Source: Chrysomallon squamiferum (Eukaryota; Animalia; Mollusca). Taken from it: 64,000 nucleotides of DNA. Position numbers and translations under genes: made by a program. The notes beneath the pieces are model-generated. The model did not search any database, had not been told where the DNA came from, and saw only the letters and a program-made list of their open reading frames with translations. Positions 39,690 to 54,474 of the stretch are shown here, piece by piece; positions within the stretch are counted from its first letter, which is position 1, and each line of letters begins with the position of its first letter. The DNA lies in the NCBI GenBank assembly GCA_012295275.1, contig CM022670.1, positions 12,028,001-12,092,000 of the forward strand, given 5' to 3'.

Positions 39690-42600
39690 ATAATAATAAT
39701 ACGAAAAAAAAAAAAAAATAAAATAAAATAAAAATAAATAAATAAATAAATAATAATACAAAGTAAGGAGAAAGAGAACAAAAAATAACATTTCTAGAAT
39801 TAAGTATAACACAATAACAACGATTATTACATTAACTGTAATGCCATGATAAAGTAAAAGAAGTAATAGACGACTTACCTGCTTTCATGTACATCATATA
39901 CTGCTCAGCACAATTAAATCTGATGCCGTCGATTTCAAATTGAGCTGGATGATGCTGACTGAAAGGCGATTCTTTACCAAAAAACAAAATATATTCTTCT
40001 TTAACTTCAGATTTTTCACATTTTGTGTCCTCTTCATAAAGTTTATTTCGAACCTCTGTAATAATTTCTCCCAGCAGATTCTTTCCATTCCATTTACTAC
40101 GGTCTCTGGCTTCAGGCGCCTGTTTACTCAGACCAATGCCCCAGATGCAGTCATGAGGATTACATTCCACAAAATGTTTGGGGTACGTTTCAAGTAATAT
40201 TTTCTTTAGATGTGGATTTTGCGAAAACTGAAATCAAATACAGAAACAAAGAAATATAACAGAAGTGATATACAAGAATAATAATAATTTAAAATTAAAT
40301 AATAAATCTGTATATAAAATGAAAGGTCAAAAGAAATAAATTACATCTGATAAACATTCATGTTTTATATATATAAGACAGAATTTTAAATTTATTAAAT
40401 ATTGCATAATATTGGTTTGCTGGTCATTTTTTATCTTTCATAAAAATATTCTGTTTTATATCTTTGATGCTGTATTGTAAATCTATATTTGTGGTAGAAT
40501 TAGTTGCGTGTTTATGTTTAGATGAATTATTAATAATTTAAAAAGACTGTTTAATTTGTGAAATCTACAACCTTTTCTTCAGTTGCACGTTTTACAACAT
40601 CCCGAGCTTTTTCCATCCAAATGTCCATGTCAAAGTTTCTAACTTGTCTTCCAAGACGTTTTTGAATTCCTGGTTCAGTAGCTTCGAGAATTTCTTGTTT
40701 TATTTCTTCGTCATGGAATGTAACTGTAATTAGTCATCGTAATGCATTATGTATATGTGTTTGTTTATATATATATATATCATAAATACAAAATAAATAA
40801 ATAGATAAATTATAGTAGATTCCTTTTCTTCCTTTTATAACAAAAAATCAAATTAAAACAAAAACAAAAAAATTGTATAGCTATAAAACACAACTCAGAC
40901 TATACAGTCCAAGAGTTTGTAACATCGATTTTCATGTGGTTAAGAAAAAAAAAAAAAAAAAAAAAATAATACGAAAAAAACAAACAAATAAAATAAAATA
41001 AAAATAAATAAATAAATAAATAATAATACAAAGTAAGGAGAAAGAGAACAAAAAATAACATTTCTAGAATTAAGTATAACAACACAATAACAACGATTAT
41101 TACATTAACTGTAATGCCATGATAAAGTAAAAGAAGTAATAGACGACTTACCTGCTTTCATGTACATCATATACTGCTCAGCACAATTAAATCTGATGCC
41201 GTCGATTTCAAATTGAGCTGGATGATGCTGACTGAAAGGCGATTCTTTACCAAAAAACAAAATATATTCTTCTTTAACTTCAGATTTTTCACATTTTGTG
41301 TCCTCTTCATAAAAGTTTATTTCGAACCTCTGTAATAATTTCTCCCAGCAGATTCTTTCCATTCCATTTACTACGGTCTCTGGCTTCAGGCGCCTGTTTA
41401 CTCAGACCAATGCCCCAGATGCAGTCATGAGGATTACATTCCACAAAATGTTTGGGGTACGTTCTAAGTAATATTTTCTTTAGATGTGGATTTTGTGAAA
41501 ACTGAAATCAAATACAGAAACAAAGAAATATAACAGAAGTGATATACAAGAATAATAATAATTTAAAATTAAATAATAAATCTGTATATAAAATGAAAGG
41601 TCAAAAGAAATAAATTACATCTGATAAACATTCATGTTTTATATATATAAGACAGAATTTTAAATTTATTAAATATTGCATAATATTGGTTTGCTGGTCA
41701 TTTTTTATCTTTCATAAAAATATTCTGTTTTATATCTTTGATGCTGTATTGTAAATCTATATTTGTGGTAGAATTAGTTGCGTGTTTATGTTTAGATGAA
41801 TTATTAATAATTTAAAAAGACTGTTTAATTTGTGAAATCTACAACCTTTTCTTCAGTTGCACGTTTTACAACATCCTGAGCTTTTTCCATCCAAATGTCC
41901 ATGTCAAAGTTTCTAACTTGTCTTCCAAGACGTTTTTGAATTCCTGGTTCAGTAGCTTCGAGAATTTCTTGTTTTATTTCTTCGTCATGGAATGTAACTG
42001 TAATTAGTCATCGTAATGCATTATGTATATGTGTTTGTTTCTATATATATATCATAAATACAAAATAAATAAATAGATAAATTATAATAGTTTCCTTTTC
42101 TTCCTTTTTATAACAAAATCAATTTAAAAAAAAAAAAAAAAAAAAATGTTATAGCTATAAAACACAACTCAGACTATACAGTCCAAGAGTTTGTAATATC
42201 GATTTTCATGTGGATAAGAAAAAAAAAAAAAAAAAAAAAAAATAATAATAATAATAAAAAAAAAAAAAAAAAAATAAAATAAAAAAAATAAATAAATAAA
42301 TAAATAATAATACAAAGTAAGGAGAAAGAGAACAAAAAATAACATTTCTAGAATTAAGTATAACACAATAACAACGATTATTACATTAACTGTAATGCCA
42401 TGATAAAGTAAAAGAAGTAATAGACGACTTACCTGCTTTCATGTACATCATATACTGCTCAGCACAATTAAATCTGATGCCGTCGATTTCAAATTGAGCT
42501 GGATGATGCTGACTGAAAGGCGATTCTTTACCAAAAAACAAAATATATTCTTCTTTAACTTCAGATTTTTCACATTTTGTGTCCTCTTCATAAAGTTTAT

Positions 42601-43494
42601 TTCGAACCTCTGTAATAATTTCTCCCAGCAGATTCTTTCCATTCCATTTACTACGGTCTCTGGCTTCAGGCGCCTGTTTACTCAGACCAATGCCCCAGAT
42701 GCAGTCATGAGGATTACATTCCACAAAATGTTTGGGGTACGTTCTAAGTAATATTTTTCTTTAGATGTGGATTTTGTGAAAACTGAAATCAAATACAGAA
42801 ACAAAGAAATATAACAGAAGTGATATACAAGAATAATAATAATTTAAAATTAAATAATAAATCTGTATATAAAATGAAAGGTCAAAAGAAATAAATTACA
42901 TCTGATAAACATTCATGTTTTATATATATAAGACAGAATTTTAAATTTATTAAATATTGCATAATATTGGTTTGCTGGTCATTTTTATCTTTCATAAAAA
43001 TATTCTGTTTTATATCTTTGATGCTGTATTGTAAATCTATATTTGTGGTAGAATTAGTTGCGTGTTTATGTTTAGATGAATTATTAATAATTTAAAAAGA
43101 CTGTTTAATTTGTGAAATCTACAACCTTTTCTTCAGTTGCACGTTTTACAACATCCCGAGCTTTTTTCCATCCAAATGTCCATGTCAAAGTTTCTAACTT
43201 GTCTTCCAAGACGTTTTTGAATTCCTGGTTCAGTAGCTTCGAGAATTTCTTGTTTTATTTCTTCGTCATGGAATGTAACTGTAATTAGTCATCGTAATGC
43301 ATTATGTATATGTGTTTGTTTCTATATATATATCATAAATACAAAATAAATAAATAGATAAATTATAATAGTTTCCTTTTCTTCCTTTTTATAACAAAAT
43401 CAATTTAAAAAAAAAAAAAAAATGTTATAGCTATAAAACACAACTCAGACTATACAGTCCAAGAGTTTGTAATATCGATTTTCATGTGGATAAG

Positions 43495-43566
<72 letters not shown>

Positions 43567-46500
43567 AAAAAAATAAATAAATAAATAAATAATACAAAAA
43601 GTAAGGAGAAAGAGAACACAAAAATAACATTTCTAGAATTAAGTATAACACAATAACAACGATTATTACATTAACTGTAATGCCATGATAAAGTAAAAGA
43701 AGTAATAGACGACTTACCTGCTTTCATGTACATCATATACTGCTCAGCACAATTAAATCTGATGCCGTCGATTTCAAATTGAGCTGGATGATGCTGACTG
43801 AAAGGCGATTCTTTACCAAAAAACAAAATATATTCTTCTTTAACTTCAGATTTTTCACATTTTGTGTCCTCTTCATAAAGTTTATTTCGAACCTCTGTAA
43901 TAATTTCTCCCAGCAGATTCTTTCCATTCCATTTACTACGGTCTCTGGCTTCAGGCGCCTGTTTACTCAGACCAATGCCCCAGATGCAGTCATGAGGATT
44001 ACATTCCACAAAATGTTTGGGGTACGTTTCAAGTAATATTTTCTTTAGATGTGGATTTTGCGAAAACTGAAATCAAATACAGAAACAAAGAAATATAACA
44101 GAAGTGATATACAAGAATAATAATAATTTAAAATTAAATAATAAATCTGTATATAAAATGAAAGGTCAAAAGAAATAAATTACATCTGATAAACATTCAT
44201 GTTTTATATATATAAGACAGAATTTTAAATTTATTAAATATTGCATAATATTGGTTTGCTGGTCATTTTTTATCTTTCATAAAAATATTCTGTTTTATAT
44301 CTTTGATGCTGTATTGTAAATCTATATTTGTGGTAGAATTAGTTGCGTGTTTATGTTTAGATGAATTATTAATAATTTAAAAAAGACTGTTTAATTTGTG
44401 AAATCTACAACCTTTTCTTCAGTTGCACGTTTTACAACATCCCGAGCTTTTTCCATCCAAATGTCCATGTCAAAGTTTCTAACTTGTCTTCCAAGACGTT
44501 TTGAATTCCTGGTTCAGTAGCTTCGAGAATTTCTTGTTTTATTTCTTCGTCATGGAATGTAACTGTAATTAGTCATCGTAATGCATTATGTATATGTGTT
44601 TGTTTATATATATATATATCATAAATACAAAATAAATAAATAGATAAATTATAGTAGATTCCTTTTCTTCCTTTTTTATAACAAAAAAATCAAATTAAAA
44701 CAAAACAAAAAATTGTATAGCTATAAAACACAACTCAGACTATACAGTCCAAGAGTTTGTAACATCCATTTTCCTGTGGTTAAGAAAAAAAAAAAAAAAA
44801 AAAATAATAATAATAATAAAAAATAAACAAAAAAAAAAATTAAATAAAATAAAATAAATAAATAAATAATAATACAAAGTAAGGAGAAAGAGAACAAAAA
44901 ATAACATTTCTAGAATTAAGTATAACACAATAACAACGATTATTACATTAACTGTAATGCCATGATAAAGTAAAAGAAGTAATAGACGACTTACCTGCTT
45001 TCATGTACATCATATACTGCTCAGCACAATTAAATCTGATGCCGTCGATTTCAAATTGAGCTGGATGATGCTGACTGAAAGGCGATTCTTTACCAAAAAA
45101 CAAAATATATTCTTCTTTAACTTCAGATTTTTCACATTTTGTGTCCTCTTCATAAAGTTTATTTCGAACCTCTGTAATAATTTCTCCCAGCAGATTCTTT
45201 TCCATTCCATTTACTACGGTCTCTGGCTTCAGGCGCCTGTTTACTCAGACCAATGCCCCAGATGCAGTCATGAGGATTACATTCCACAAAATGTTTGGGG
45301 TACGTTCTAAGTAATATTTTCTTTAGATGTGGATTTTGTGAAAACTGAAATCAAATACAGAAACAAAGAAATATAACAGAAGTGATATACAAGAATAATA
45401 ATAATTTAAAATTAAATAATAAATCTGTATATAAAATGAAAGGTCAAAAGAAATAAATTACATCTGATAAACATTCATGTTTTATATATATAAGACAGAA
45501 TTTTAAATTTATTAAATATTGCATAATATTGGTTTGCTGGTCATTTTTTATCTTTCATAAAAAATATTCTGTTTTATATCTTTGATGCTGTATTGTAAAT
45601 CTATATTTGTGGTAGAATTAGTTGCGTGTTTATGTTTAGATGAATTATTAATAATTTAAAAGACTGTTTAATTTGTGAAATCTACAACCTTTTCTTCAGT
45701 TGCACGTTTTACAACATCCCGAGCTTTTTCCATCCAAATGTCCATGTCAAAGTTTCTAACTTGTCTTCCAAGACGTTTTTGAATTCCTGGTTCAGTAGCT
45801 TCGAGAATTTCTTGTTTTATTTCTTCGTCATGGAATGTAACTGTAATTAGTCATCGTAATGCATTATGTATATGTGTTTGTTTATATATATATATATCAT
45901 AAATACAAAATAAATAAATAGATAAATTATAGTAGATTCCTTTTCTTCCTTTTTATAACAAAATCAAATTAAAACAAAAACAAAAAAATTGTATAGCTAT
46001 AAAACACAACTCAGACTATACAGTCGAAGAGTTTGTAACATCCATTTTCCTGTGGTTAAGAAAAAAAAAAAAAAAATAATAATAATAATAATAATAATAA
46101 AAAGAAAAAAAAAAAAATTAAATAAAATTAAAATAAATAAATAAATAATAATACAAAGTAAGGAGAAAGAGAACAAAAAATAACATTTCTAGAATTAAGT
46201 ATAACACAATAACAACGATTATTACATTAACTGTAATGCCATGATAAAGTAAAAGAAGTAATAGACGACTTACCTGCTTTCATGTACATCATATACTGCT
46301 CAGCACAATTAAATCTGATGCCGTCGATTTCAAATTGAGCTGGATGATGCTGACTGAAAGGCGATTCTTTACCAAAAACAAAATATATTCTTCTTTAACT
46401 TCAGATTTTTCACATTTTGTGTCCTCTTCATAAAGTTTATTTCGAACCTCTGTAATAATTTCTCCCAGCAGATTCTTTCCATTCCATTTACTACGGTCTC

Positions 46501-48884
46501 TGGCTTCAGGCGCCTGTTTACTCAGACCAATGCCCCAGATGCAGTCATGAGGATTACATTCCACAAAATGTTTGGGGTAATGTTTCAAGTAATATTTTCT
46601 TTTTTAGATGTGGATTTTATGAAAACTGAAATCAAATACAGAAACAAAGAAATATAACAGAAGTGATATACAAGAATAATAATAATTTAAAATTAAATAA
46701 TAAATCTGTATATAAAAATGAAAGGTCAAAAGAAATAAATTACATCTGATAAACATTCATGTTTTATATATATAAGACAGAATTTTAAATTTATTAAATA
46801 TTGCATAATATTGGTTTGTTGGTCATTTTTTATCTTTCATAAAAATATTCTGTTTTATATCTTTGATGCTGTATTGTAAATCTATATTTGTGGTAGAATT
46901 AGTTGCGTGTTTATGTTTAGATGAATTATTAATAATTTAAAAAGACTGTTTGATTTTGGTAAAATCTACAACCTTTTCTTCAGTTGCATGTTTTACAACA
47001 TCCCGGACTTTTTCCATCCAAATGTCCTCATCGACGTTTCTAACTTTTCTTCCAAGACGTGTTTGATTTCTTGGTGTAGTAGCCTTAAGAATTTCTTGTT
47101 TGATTTCTTCATCGTGGAATGTAACTGTAATTAGTCATCGTAATGCATTATGTACACGTGTTTGTTGTATGTATATGTGTATGTATTTATATGTATACAT
47201 ATAAACATATAATAAACAAAATAAATAAAGAGATAAATTATAATAGATTTCTTTTCTTCCTTTCTATTATAAAAAAATAATTAAAAAAATGGACTTGTAT
47301 ATAGTTATAAAACACGACTCCACCTATACAATCAAATAGTTTGTAACATCGATTTTCATGTTTGCCATACAGTTATCAAAAAAGAAATCAAGAAAACAAA
47401 AAAACCCGAAAAGAATAATAATAATAAATAAAAATAAATAAATAAACATAAATACATAAATAACTAAAATAATAATAATATAAAGTAAGAAGAACGTGAA
47501 GTAAAAATAAGATTTTTAGAATTAAGTATAACACAATAACAACGATTGTTACATTAACTGTAATGCCATGATAAAGTAAAAGAAGTAATAAACGATTTAC
47601 CTGCTTTCATGTACATCATATATTGCCAAGCACAATTAAATTTGATGCCGTCGATTTCAAATTCAGCTGGATGATGCTGACTGAAAGGCGATTGATTACC
47701 AAAAAATAAAATATATTCTTCTTTAACTTCAGATTTTGAATGACCTTCAGACTCTGCTTTAGTTTCTGAATATAAATCCGTCTCTTCCAGGTTTTGCAAT
47801 TTACTAGCTGCTGCTGAAAGAATTGGTTTCTGATTATGGTTATTTTTTTCACCCATCTGGTCCGATTTATTTTCCATTATTTCATATTTTCTTTCCTCAT
47901 CATAAAGTTTATTTCGAACCTCTGTAATAATTTCTCCCAGCAGATTCTTTCCTTTCCATTTACTACGGTCTCTGGCTTTAGGTTCCGTTTTATTCAGACC
48001 AATGCCCCAGATGCAATCATGAGGATTACATTCCACAAATGGTTTGGGGTACGTTTCAAGTAATATTTTCTTTAGATGTGGATTTTGTGAAAACTGAAAT
48101 CAAATACAGAAACAAAGAAATATAACAGAAGTGATATACAATAATAATAATAATAATTTAAAATTAAATAATAAATCTGTATATGAAATGTCAAAAGAAA
48201 TTAATTACATCTGATGAAGATTAATGTTTCATATATATATGAGACAGAATTTTAAATTCATTAAATATTGCATAATACTGGTTTACTGGTCATTTTTTTT
48301 CTTCTATAAAAATACTCTGTTTTATATCTTTGATGGTCACTGTTGTATTGTAAATATATATTTGTGCTACAATTAGTTGCGTGTTTATGTTTAGATGAAT
48401 TATTAATAATTTAATAAGACTATTTAATTTGTAAAATCTACAACCTTTTCTTCAGTTGCTCGTTTTACAACATCCCGAGCTTTTTCCATCCAAATGTCCA
48501 TGTCAAAGTTTCTAACTTGTCTTCCAAGACGTTTTTGAATTCCTGGTTCAGTAGCTTCGAGAATTTCTTGTTTTATTTCTTCGTCATGGAATGTAACTGT
48601 AATTAGTCATCGTAATGCATTATGTATATGTGTTTGTTTATATATATATATCATAAATAGAAAATAAATAAATAGATAAATTATAGTAGATTCCTTTTCT
48701 TCCTTTTTATAACAAAATCAAATTAAAACAAAAACAAAAAAATTGTATAGCTATAAAACACAACTCAGACTATACAGTCCAAGAGTTTGTAACATCCATT
48801 TTCATGTGGTTAAGAAAAACAAAAAACAAATAATAATAATAATAATAATAATACGAAAAAAAAACAAATAAAATAAAATTAAAA

Positions 48885-48936
<52 letters not shown>

Positions 48937-51415
48937 AATACAAAGTAAGGTGAAAGAGAACAAAAAATAACATTTCTAGAATTAAGTATAACACAATAAC
49001 AACGATTGTTACATTAACTGTAATGCCATGATAAAGTAAAAGAAGTAATAGACGATTTACCTGCTTTCATGTACATCATATACTGCTCAGCACAATTAAA
49101 TCTGATGCCGTCGATTTCAAATTGAGCTGGATGATGCTGACTGAAAGGCGATTCTTTACCAAAAAACAAAATATATTCTTGTTTAACTTCAGATTTTTCA
49201 CATTTTGTGTCCTCTTCATAAAGTTTATTTCGAACCTCTGTAATAATTTCTCCCAGCAGATTCTTTCCATTCCATTTACTACGGTCTCTGGCTTCAGGCG
49301 CCTGTTTACTCAGACCAATGCCCCAGATGCAGTCATGAGGATTACATTCCACAAAATGTTTGGGGTACGTTCTAAGTAATATTTTCTTTAGATGTGGATT
49401 TTGTGAAAACTGAAATCAAATACAGAAACAAAGAAATATAACAGAAGTGATATACAAGAATAATAATAATTTAAAATTAAATAATAAATCTGTATATAAA
49501 ATGAAAGGTCAAAAGAAATAAATTACATCTGATAAACATTCATGTTTTATATATATAAGACAGAATTTTAAATTTATTAAATATTGCATAATATTGGTTT
49601 GCTGGTCATTTTTTATCTTTCATAAAAATATTCTGTTTTATATCTTTGATGCTGTATTGGAAATCTATATTTGTGGTAGAATTAGTTGCGTGTTTATGTT
49701 TAGATGAATTATTAATAATTTAAATAGACTGTTTAATTTGTGAAATCTACAACCTTTTCTTCAGTTGCACGTTTTACAACATCCCGAGCTTTTTCCATCC
49801 AAATGTCCATGTCAAAGTTTCTAACTTGTCTTCCAAGACGTTTTTGAATTCCTGGTTCAGTAGCTTCGAGAATTTCTTGTTTTATTTCTTCGTCATGGAA
49901 TGTAACTGTAATTAGTCATCGTAATGCATTATGTATATGTGTTTGTTTCTATATATATATCATAAATACAAAATAAATAAATAGATAAATTATAATAGTT
50001 TCCTTTTCTTCCTTTTTATAACAAAATCAATTTAAAAAAAAAAAAAAAAAAATTTATAGCTATAAAACACAACTCAGACTATACATCCAAGAGTTTGTAA
50101 CATCGATTTTCATGTGGTTAAGAAAAAAAAAAAAAAAAAAAAAAAAATAATAATAATAATAATAATAATAATAAGAAAAAAAAAAACAAATAAAATAAAA
50201 TAAAAATAAATAAATAATAATACAAAGTAAGGAGAAAGAGAACAAAAAATAACATTTCTAGAATTAAGTATAACACAATAACAACGATTATTACATTAAC
50301 TGTAATGCCATGATAAAGTAAAAGAAGTAATAGACGACATACCTGCTTTCATGTACATCATATACTGCTCAGCACAATTAAATCTGATGCCGTCGATTTC
50401 AAATTGAGCTGGATGATGTTGACTGAAAGGCGATTCTTTACCAAAAAACAAAATATATTCTTCTTTAACTTCAGATTTTTCACATTTTGTGTCCTCTTCA
50501 TAAAGTTTATTTCGAACCTCTGTAATAATTTCTCCCAGCAGATTCTTTCCATTCCATTTACTACGGTCTCTGGCTTCAGGCGCCTGTTTACTCAGACCAA
50601 TGCCCCAGATGCAGTCATGAGGATTACATTCCACAAAATGTTTGGGGTACGTTCTAAAGTAATATTTTCTTTAGATGTGGATTTTGTGAAAACTGAAATC
50701 AAATACAGAAACAAAGAAATATAACAGAAGTGATATACAAGAATAATAATAATTTAAAATTAAATAATAAATCTGTATATAAAATGAAAGGTCAAAAGAA
50801 ATTAATTACATCTGATAAACATTCATGTTTTATATATATAAGACAGAATTTTAAATTTATTAAATATTGCATAATATTGGTTTGCTGGTCATTTTTTATC
50901 TTTCATAAAAATATTCTGTTTTATATCTTTGATGCTGTATTGTAAATCTATATTTGTGGTAGAATTAGTTGCGTGTTTATGTTTAGATGAATTATTAATA
51001 ATTTAAAAAGACTGTTTAATTTGTGAAATCTACAACCTTTTCTTCAGTTGCACGTTTTACAACATCCCGAGCTTTTTTCTATCCAAATGTCCATGTCAAA
51101 GTTTCTAACTTGTCTTCCAAGACGTTTTGAATTCCTGGTTCAGTAGCTTCGAGAATTTCTTGTTTTATTTCTTCGTCATGGAATGTAACTGTAATTAGTC
51201 ATCGTAATGCATTATGTATATGTGTTTGTTTCTATATATATATCATAAATACAAAATAAATAAATAGATAAATTATAATAGTTTCCTTTTCTTCCTTTTT
51301 ATAACAAAATCAATTTAAAAAAAAAAAAAAAAAATTTATAGCTATAAAACACAACTCAGACTATACAGTCCAAGAGTTTGTAACATCGATTTTCATGTGG
51401 TTAAGAAAAAAAAAA

Positions 51416-51447
<32 letters not shown>

Positions 51448-52675
51448 GAAAAAAAAAAACAAATAAAATAAAATAAAAATAAATAAATAATAATACAAAG
51501 TAAGGAGAAAGAGAACAAAAAATAACATTTCTAGAACTAAGTATAACACAATAACAACGATTATTACATTAACTGTAATGCCATGATAAAGTAAAAGAAG
51601 TAATAGACGACATACCTGCTTTCATGTACATCATATACTGCTCAGCACAATTAAATCTGATGCCGTCGATTTCAAATTGAGCTGGATGATGTTGACTGAA
51701 AGGCGATTCTTTACCAAAAAACAAAATATATTCTTGTTTAACTTCAGATTTTTCACATTTTGTGTCCTCTTCATAAAGTTTATTTCGAACCTCTGTAATA
51801 ATTTCTCCCAGCAGATTCTTTCCATTCCATTTACTACGGTCTCTGGCTTCAGGCGCCTGTTTACTCAGACCAATGCCCCAGATGCAGTCATGAGGATTAC
51901 ATTCCACAAAATGTTTGGGGTACGTTCTAAGTAATATTTTCTTTAGATGTGGATTTTGTGAAAACTGAAATCAAATACAGAAACAAAGAAATATAACAGA
52001 AGTGATATACAAGAATAATAATAATTTAAAATTAAATAATAAATCTGTATATAAAATGAAAGGTCAAAAGAAATTAATTACATCTGATAAACATTCATGT
52101 TTTATATATATAAGACAGAATTTTAAATTTATTAAATATTGCATAATATTGGTTTGCTGGTCATTTTTATCTTTCATAAAAATATTCTGTTTTATATCTT
52201 TGATGCTGTATTGTAAATCTATATTTGTGGTAGAATTAGTTGCGTGTTTATGTTTAGATGAATTATTAATAATTTAAAAAGACTGTTTAATTTGTGAAAT
52301 CTACAACCTTTTCTTCAGTTGCACGTTTTACAACATCCCGAGCTTTTTCCATCCAAATGTCCATGTCAAAGTTTCTAACTTGTCTTCCAAGACGTTTTTG
52401 AATTCCTGGTTCAGTAGCTTCGAGAATTTCTTGTTTTATTTCTTCGTCATGGAATGTAACTGTAATTAGTCATCGTAATGCATTATGTATATGTGTTTGT
52501 TTCTATATATATATCATAAATACAAAATAAATAAATAGATAAATTATAATAGTTTCCTTTTCTTCCTTTTTATAACAAAATCAATTTAAAAAAAAAAAAA
52601 AAAAATTTATAGCTATAAAACACAACTCAGACTATACAGTCCAAGAGTTTGTAACATCGATTTTCATGTGGTTGG

Positions 52676-52710
<35 letters not shown>

Positions 52711-54474
52711 ATAATAATAATAAAAAAAAAAACAAACAAAATAAAATAAAATAAAAAATAAATAAATAATAATACAAAGTAAGGAGAAAGAGAACAAAAA
52801 ATAACATTTCTAGAATTAAGTATAACACAATAACAACGATTATTACATTAACTGTAATGCCATGATAAAGTAAAAGAAGTAATAGACGACATACCTGCTT
52901 TCATGTACATCATATACTGCTCAGCACAATTAAATCTGATGCCGTCGATTTCAAATTGAGCTGGATGATGTTGACTGAAAGGCGATTCTTTACCAAAAAA
53001 CAAAATATATTCTTCTTTAACTTCAGATTTTTCACATTTTGTGTCCTCTTCATAAAGTTTATTTCGAACCTCTGTAATAATTTCTCCCAGCAGATTCTTT
53101 CCATTCCATTTACTACGGTCTCTGGCTTCAGGCGCCTGTTTACTCAGACCAATGCCCCAGATGCAGTCATGAGGATTACATTCCACAAAATGTTTGGGGT
53201 ACGTTCTAAGTAATATTTTCTTTAGATGTGGATTTTGTGAAAACTGAAATCAAATACAGAAACAAAGAAATATAACAGAAGTGATATACAAGAATAATAA
53301 TAATTTAAAATTAAATAATAAATCTGTATATAAAATGAAAGGTCAAAAGAAATAAATTACATCTGATAAACATTCATGTTTTATATATATAAGACAGAAT
53401 TTTAAATTTATTAAATATTGCATAATATTGGTTTGCTGGTCATTTTTATCTTTCATAAAAATATTCTGTTTTATATATTTGATGCTGTATTGTAAATCTA
53501 TATTTGTGGTAGAATTAGTTGCGTGTTTATGTTTAGATGAATTATTAATAATTTAAAAAGACTGTTTAATTTGTGAAATCTACAACCTTTTCTTCAGTTG
53601 CACGTTTTACAACATCCCGAGCTTTTTCCATCCAAATGTCCATGTCAAAGTTTCTAACTTGTCTTCCAAGACGTTTTTGAATTCCTGGTTCAGTAGCTTC
53701 GAGAATTTCTTGTTTTATTTCTTCGTCATGGAATGTAACTGTAATTAGTCATCGTAATGCATTATGTATATGTGTTTGTTTATATATATATATCATAAAT
53801 ACAAAATAAATAAATAGATAAATTATAATAGTTTCCTTTTCTTCCTTTTTATAACAAAATCAAATTTAAAAAAAAAAAAAAAAAAATTTATAGCTATAAA
53901 ACACAACTCAGACTATACAGTCCAAGAGTTTGTAACATCGATTTTCATGTGGTTAAGAAAAAAAAAAAAAAAAAAAAATAAAAAAAATAATAAAAAAAAA
54001 AAAAAAAAAATAAAATAAAATAAAAATAAATAAATAATAATAATACAAAGTAAGGAGAAAGAGAACAAAAAATAACATTTCAAGAATTAAGTATAACACA
54101 ATAACAACGATTATTACATTAACTGTAATGCCATGATAAAGTAAAAGAAGCCATAGACGACTTATACCTGCTTTCATGTACATCATATACTGCTCAGCAC
54201 AATTAAATCTGATGCCGTCGATTTCAAATTGAGCTGGATGATGCTGACTGAAAGGCGATTCTTTACCAAAAAACAAAATATATTCTTCTTTAACTTCAGA
54301 TTTTGAATGGTCCTGGTTTTGTTTAGGATGATGTTTTGATTCGTCTGTGAACTCCGATTTTCTACGAGATATCGGTTTCTGGTTTTGGTTTCGGTTTCTG
54401 TTCGTATATTGATTATGACCCATGCAGTTATTTTCCTTTTTCTCACGGTTTGTGTTTTTTGGTACTGAATCCAT
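32126..54474 (-). CDS. NADAR gene 5: poly-NADAR gene with 17 tandem domains (35 exons, ~3000 aa if homopolymer indels are errors)
   Basis: First exon 54474-54168 and terminal exon 32353-32126. Seventeen ~152-bp middle exons have low ends at 53587, 52308, 51037, 49754, 48445, 46973, 45689, 44412, 43126, 41846, 40572, 39291, 38022, 36739, 35454, 34163 and 32682. Sixteen fused exons of ~349 or 493 bp have low ends at 52895, 51616, 50343, 49061, 47601, 46274, 44995, 43718, 42433, 41152, 39879, 38598, 37330, 36046, 34760 and 33326. Internal units lack their own start region and stop codon; a short unit is 501 nt (167 aa). Confidence 0.82.
33560..54300. repeat. Tandem array of ~1.28 kb coding units (about 16 periods)
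   Basis: Near-identical exon+intron units recur about every 1.28 kb and differ mainly in poly-A/(AAT)n tract lengths. Confidence 0.95.

Noticed and set aside
33560-54300. Regular array as a CRISPR or non-coding satellite
   Set aside because: Units are ~1.28 kb, contain spliceable NADAR exons and have no unique spacers.
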